Origin: Chloroflexota bacterium
GTDB taxonomy: Bacteria > Chloroflexota > Anaerolineae > Aggregatilineales > UBA3940
Reading direction: 5' to 3'
Length of the DNA stretch: 64,000 nucleotides
Assembly (NCBI GenBank): GCA_010092885.1
Contig: JAADYX010000159.1
Location: forward strand, 27,554-91,553
Below are positions 61,238-64,000 of the stretch, in pieces. Made by a program: the position numbers and the translations under genes. Numbering within the stretch: the first letter of the stretch is position 1; each line of letters begins with the position of its first letter. The notes beneath the pieces were generated by a model that was not told the DNA's origin, ran no database searches, and was given only the letters and a program-made list of their open reading frames with translations.

Positions 61238-62578
61238 TTACTGCCGGAACAGCCCCCCCATATCAGCGGGAAGACGCCGGCTCTTTGAAAGCTTTTTGAT
61301 CATTTTCTGGGCTTCGCGGAAGCGCTTCATCAGGTCATTGACATCGCGTACCTGGGTACCACTGCCCGCTGCGATGCGCTTCCGGCGGCTTGCATTTAAG
61401 AGCTTCGGATTGCGGCGCTCATCCGGCGTCATGGAGTTGATAATTGCCTCAACGCGCTTGAGCTCGCGATCCATATCTTCCGATGAGATCCCCGATAGGG
61501 CCTGACCGGCTCCCGGGATCATCTCCATCACCTGGCTGAGCGGCCCCATCTTCTTGACCATGCGCAGCTGCTTCTGGAAATCCTCCAGGGTAAAGCTGGC
61601 CTCGCGCATTTTGCGCTGCATCTCCAGCGCTTCTTCCTCATCGATCTCCATCTGCTCAGCGGCTTCGATCAAGCCGAGCACATCGCCCATACCCAGGATG
61701 CGGTCGGAGAGACGCTTCGGGTGGAAGACTTCCAACCCGTCCATCTTCTCACTGGTACCAAGGAACTTTATCGGTACGCCGGTGACCTCGCGCATGGAAA
61801 TGGCGGCACCGCCGCGTGCATCGCCGTCCACCTTGGTGAGCACCAATCCCGTGATACCGACTGCATCACTGAAGCCCTGAGCGACATTGACCGCTTCCTG
61901 ACCGAGCATCGAGTCCGCCACAAGCAGGATCTCGCTGGGCGTGACCTGGGCCTCAATGGCAGCGATCTCATCCATCATAGTCTGGTCAATCTGCAGGCGG
62001 CCGGCTGTATCCACGATGGCAACACTGTGGTTCTCGCGCTTTGCGAGCCGCACACCGTTGGCCGCGATTTCAGGCGGTGAGACAGCTGTGCCTTCCTGAT
62101 GGACCTGAATGTTCAGCTGTTTGCCCAACGCCACCAACTGATCGACGGCTGCCGGGCGATAGGTGTCCGCTGCGATTAACAGCGGAGTATGGCCATCACG
62201 CCGTAGATGAAGCGCCAGCTTGGCCGCAGTAGTGGTTTTACCCGATCCCTGCAGACCGACCAGCATGATAACGTGAGGCTTGCTGCCAGTCAACCGGAGA
62301 CGACCCGGTTCGCCGAGTGTTTCCGTCAGTTCCTCGTTGACAATCTTCACGACCTGCTGGCCGGGTGTCAGGCTGCGCTGGACTTCCGCACCGACGGCAC
62401 GTTCCTTCACCCGTTTGATGAATGACTTGGCCACGCCATAATGGACATCGGCCTCAAGCAGTGCCAGCCTGATCTCACGCATGGCGGCATCTACATCGGC
62501 TTCGGAAAGCTTGCCGCGCTTACGCAGATCGGCGAAAATATCGGTCAGGCGTTCGCTCAGGTTTTCGAACATCGGCAT
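61238..62578 (-). CDS. ffh: Signal recognition particle protein Ffh
   Basis: [41 protein letters not shown], Met-rich M domain. Confidence 0.95.
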   Translation of the reverse strand: MPMFENLSERLTDIFADLRKRGKLSEADVDAAMREIRLALLEADVHYGVAKSFIKRVKERAVGAEVQRSLTPGQQVVKIVNEELTETLGEPGRLRLTGSKPHVIMLVGLQGSGKTTTAAKLALHLRRDGHTPLLIAADTYRPAAVDQLVALGKQLNIQVHQEGTAVSPPEIAANGVRLAKRENHSVAIVDTAGRLQIDQTMMDEIAAIEAQVTPSEILLVADSMLGQEAVNVAQGFSDAVGITGLVLTKVDGDARGGAAISMREVTGVPIKFLGTSEKMDGLEVFHPKRLSDRILGMGDVLGLIEAAEQMEIDEEEALEMQRKMREASFTLEDFQKQLRMVKKMGPLSQVMEMIPGAGQALSGISSEDMDRELKRVEAIINSMTPDERRNPKLLNASRRKRIAAGSGTQVRDVNDLMKRFREAQKMIKKLSKSRRLPADMGGLFRQ

Positions 62579-62592
62579 GAGGCACTCCTCCT

Positions 62593-62612
62593 CTCGTGAC
62601 TGTTGTCACGAG
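62593..62612 (-). promoter_or_regulatory. Perfect 8-bp inverted repeat abutting the ffh Shine-Dalgarno (5' hairpin or operator)
   Basis: Minus strand: CUCGUGAC, loop AACA, GUCACGAG, immediately followed by AGGAGGAG. Confidence 0.4.
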
Positions 62613-62618
62613 TACTGT

Positions 62619-62647
62619 ATTTTAGCCGTGCAACGTCGATAGATCAA
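62619..62647 (-). promoter_or_regulatory. Putative ffh promoter
   Basis: Minus strand: TTGATC (62647..62642), 17 bp spacer, TAAAAT (62624..62619). Confidence 0.5.
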
Positions 62648-62693
62648 TGTGCATAAATGCCCCAGGACACTGACGGAAAGCGCGCAGATCGGC

Positions 62694-63665
62694 ATGACAT
62701 TCAATCCCGATATAACGGTCCCCAGCGGCTCGCCAACGCCCATCGCGCAAGTTGTAGGCCCAGCCCCTCCACCACGCAAAAAACGGCGGCGCTGGCTGGG
62801 ATGTGCCCTACGTGCCGCATTTGGTACGGTACTGTTGGGCGCTTTAGTGATTGGCGGGGTTTTCATCCTCTATCGGTTGATTCCGCCGCCGCGCACAAAT
62901 ATCCTCGTCTTGGGGTTGGATGCCCGCCCCGGTGAACCTGATGTCACCCGGACGGATGCCATGATGCTTGTCACTGTGGACCCACGCCAACCTTACACCG
63001 GGATGCTCTCCATCCCCCGGGATCTCTATGTCAATGTACCGGGCTATGGTTATAACCGCATTAACACGGCACACGTGTTCGGAGAGAGCACTGGCGCGGG
63101 CAATGGCCCTGTGCTCGCTGCACAGACTGTCTCCAATGCGTTTGGGATTTCCGTGCACCGGACCGTTCGCCTTAACTTCGATGGGTTTGTGGCGATCATC
63201 GATGCGGCAGGGGGCATCAGAGTCGATGTCCCTACCTATATCATTGACTACGAATACCCAACCAACGACTACGGCACCACCGTGATCGAGTTCCAACCTG
63301 GGCCACAGACCATGAACGGCGAACGGGCACTGCAATACGCGCGTACCCGGCATGGTTCAAGTGATTTCGACCGGGCGGCCCGCCAGCAGCAAATTGTCGT
63401 GGCTTTTGTCCGCAAAATGGCGAATCCGCTGAACTGGCCGCGTATTCCGGCGGTCTACAGTGCTGTAGCGCAAAACGTCGACACTAACCTGACCGTGTTT
63501 GATGCGCTCGCACTCGGGCCAGCTGTGCTGATGAGCGGCAATATTGAACAAGAAGTGCTCGACCGGACATACGTACGTGGCACCATGACCAGCACAGGAG
63601 CCTCCGTGCAGGAACCCAACTGGGTGGCGATCAATCCGTTGATTGACCGGATGTTCCGCCGGTAG
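62694..63665 (+). CDS. LytR-CpsA-Psr (LCP) family cell-envelope polymer transferase
   Basis: Start uncertain: ATG 62694 preferred, GTG 62649 possible. Basic cytoplasmic tail RKKRRRW, one TM, then NILVLGLDARPGEPDVTRTDAMMLVTVDP and ERALQYARTRH. Confidence 0.85.
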   Translation: MTFNPDITVPSGSPTPIAQVVGPAPPPRKKRRRWLGCALRAAFGTVLLGALVIGGVFILYRLIPPPRTNILVLGLDARPGEPDVTRTDAMMLVTVDPRQPYTGMLSIPRDLYVNVPGYGYNRINTAHVFGESTGAGNGPVLAAQTVSNAFGISVHRTVRLNFDGFVAIIDAAGGIRVDVPTYIIDYEYPTNDYGTTVIEFQPGPQTMNGERALQYARTRHGSSDFDRAARQQQIVVAFVRKMANPLNWPRIPAVYSAVAQNVDTNLTVFDALALGPAVLMSGNIEQEVLDRTYVRGTMTSTGASVQEPNWVAINPLIDRMFRR

Positions 63666-64000
63666 CCACAATGCCGTTTTCGACGGACTCGCGGTGGCGC
63701 AGCAGATGCATATGCTCCTTAAGGAGCTGACGGCCTTGCTCATACTGATGCGCTTCGATAGCGTCAACGATGCGCGCGTGATAGTCCCATACTGTCCTTA
63801 GATAGTCCAGTGAGACATGCAAGTTCATACCGAACGCCTCATAAACATCCCAGTAGGCTTCCAACACACCAAGCACAAACGGATTGTCCAGCCGCGAGAA
63901 AATAGTCAGGTGCAGCGAGCGATGCTCCTGGGCTGGCACCTGGATCGGTTCGCGTGACAGAAGCGCATTCGCCCGGTTGACCAGAGCCTGGAGGTGGGCC
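63631..64000 (-). CDS. GntR/FadR-family regulator, C-terminal FCD domain only (gene runs off the right edge)
   Basis: The frame is open to the window edge (AHLQALVNRANALLSREPIQV...). YHARIVDAIEAHQYEQGRQLLKEHMHLL is typical of the FCD ligand domain. The 3' end overlaps the LCP gene by 35 bp. Confidence 0.65.
   Translation of the reverse strand, partial: AHLQALVNRANALLSREPIQVPAQEHRSLHLTIFSRLDNPFVLGVLEAYWDVYEAFGMNLHVSLDYLRTVWDYHARIVDAIEAHQYEQGRQLLKEHMHLLRHRESVENGIVATGGTSGQSTD

Overview
This is a gene-dense, GC-rich chromosomal segment from a monoderm-style bacterium. The gene content and protein style suggest Chloroflexota, but that is inference only. All calls come from reading the sequence and the ORF track; no searches were run. 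I call about 58 protein genes, one tRNA-Thr(CGU), one Phe T-box leader, and several promoters and terminators.

Most of the window is housekeeping:
- Replication, repair and transcription: pcrA, dnaG, rpoD, holB, uvrB, dgt, dprA, topA, greA.
- Translation: pheS/pheT, metG, and ffh-rpsP-KH-rimM.
- Metabolism: purB, udk, and a pdxR-like/pdxS/pdxT block.

Four regions stand out:
1. 299..12409, minus strand. Five translationally coupled genes all end in a clan GH-A type glycoside-hydrolase domain. Three are large membrane-anchored paralogs that also carry a GH18-like module with a degenerate catalytic motif. A GT2/dual-specificity-phosphatase gene pair sits upstream.
2. The metG 5' region (39358..39514). 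It contains a leaderless 19-codon ORF with three consecutive Met codons, interlocked with three alternative helices and a terminator. This looks like a Met-sensing leader-peptide attenuator for methionyl-tRNA synthetase.
3. A co-directional pdxR-like / PNPOx-like / pdxS / pdxT arrangement with an internal terminator-like hairpin.
4. A T-box-controlled pheS / membrane-ORF / pheT operon.

I saw no CRISPR arrays, transposases, integrases or rRNA. Many long ORFs in the track are antisense shadows of real genes, and several track ORFs were trimmed at the 5' end. Functional family names rest on motif recognition and need HMM or structure confirmation.
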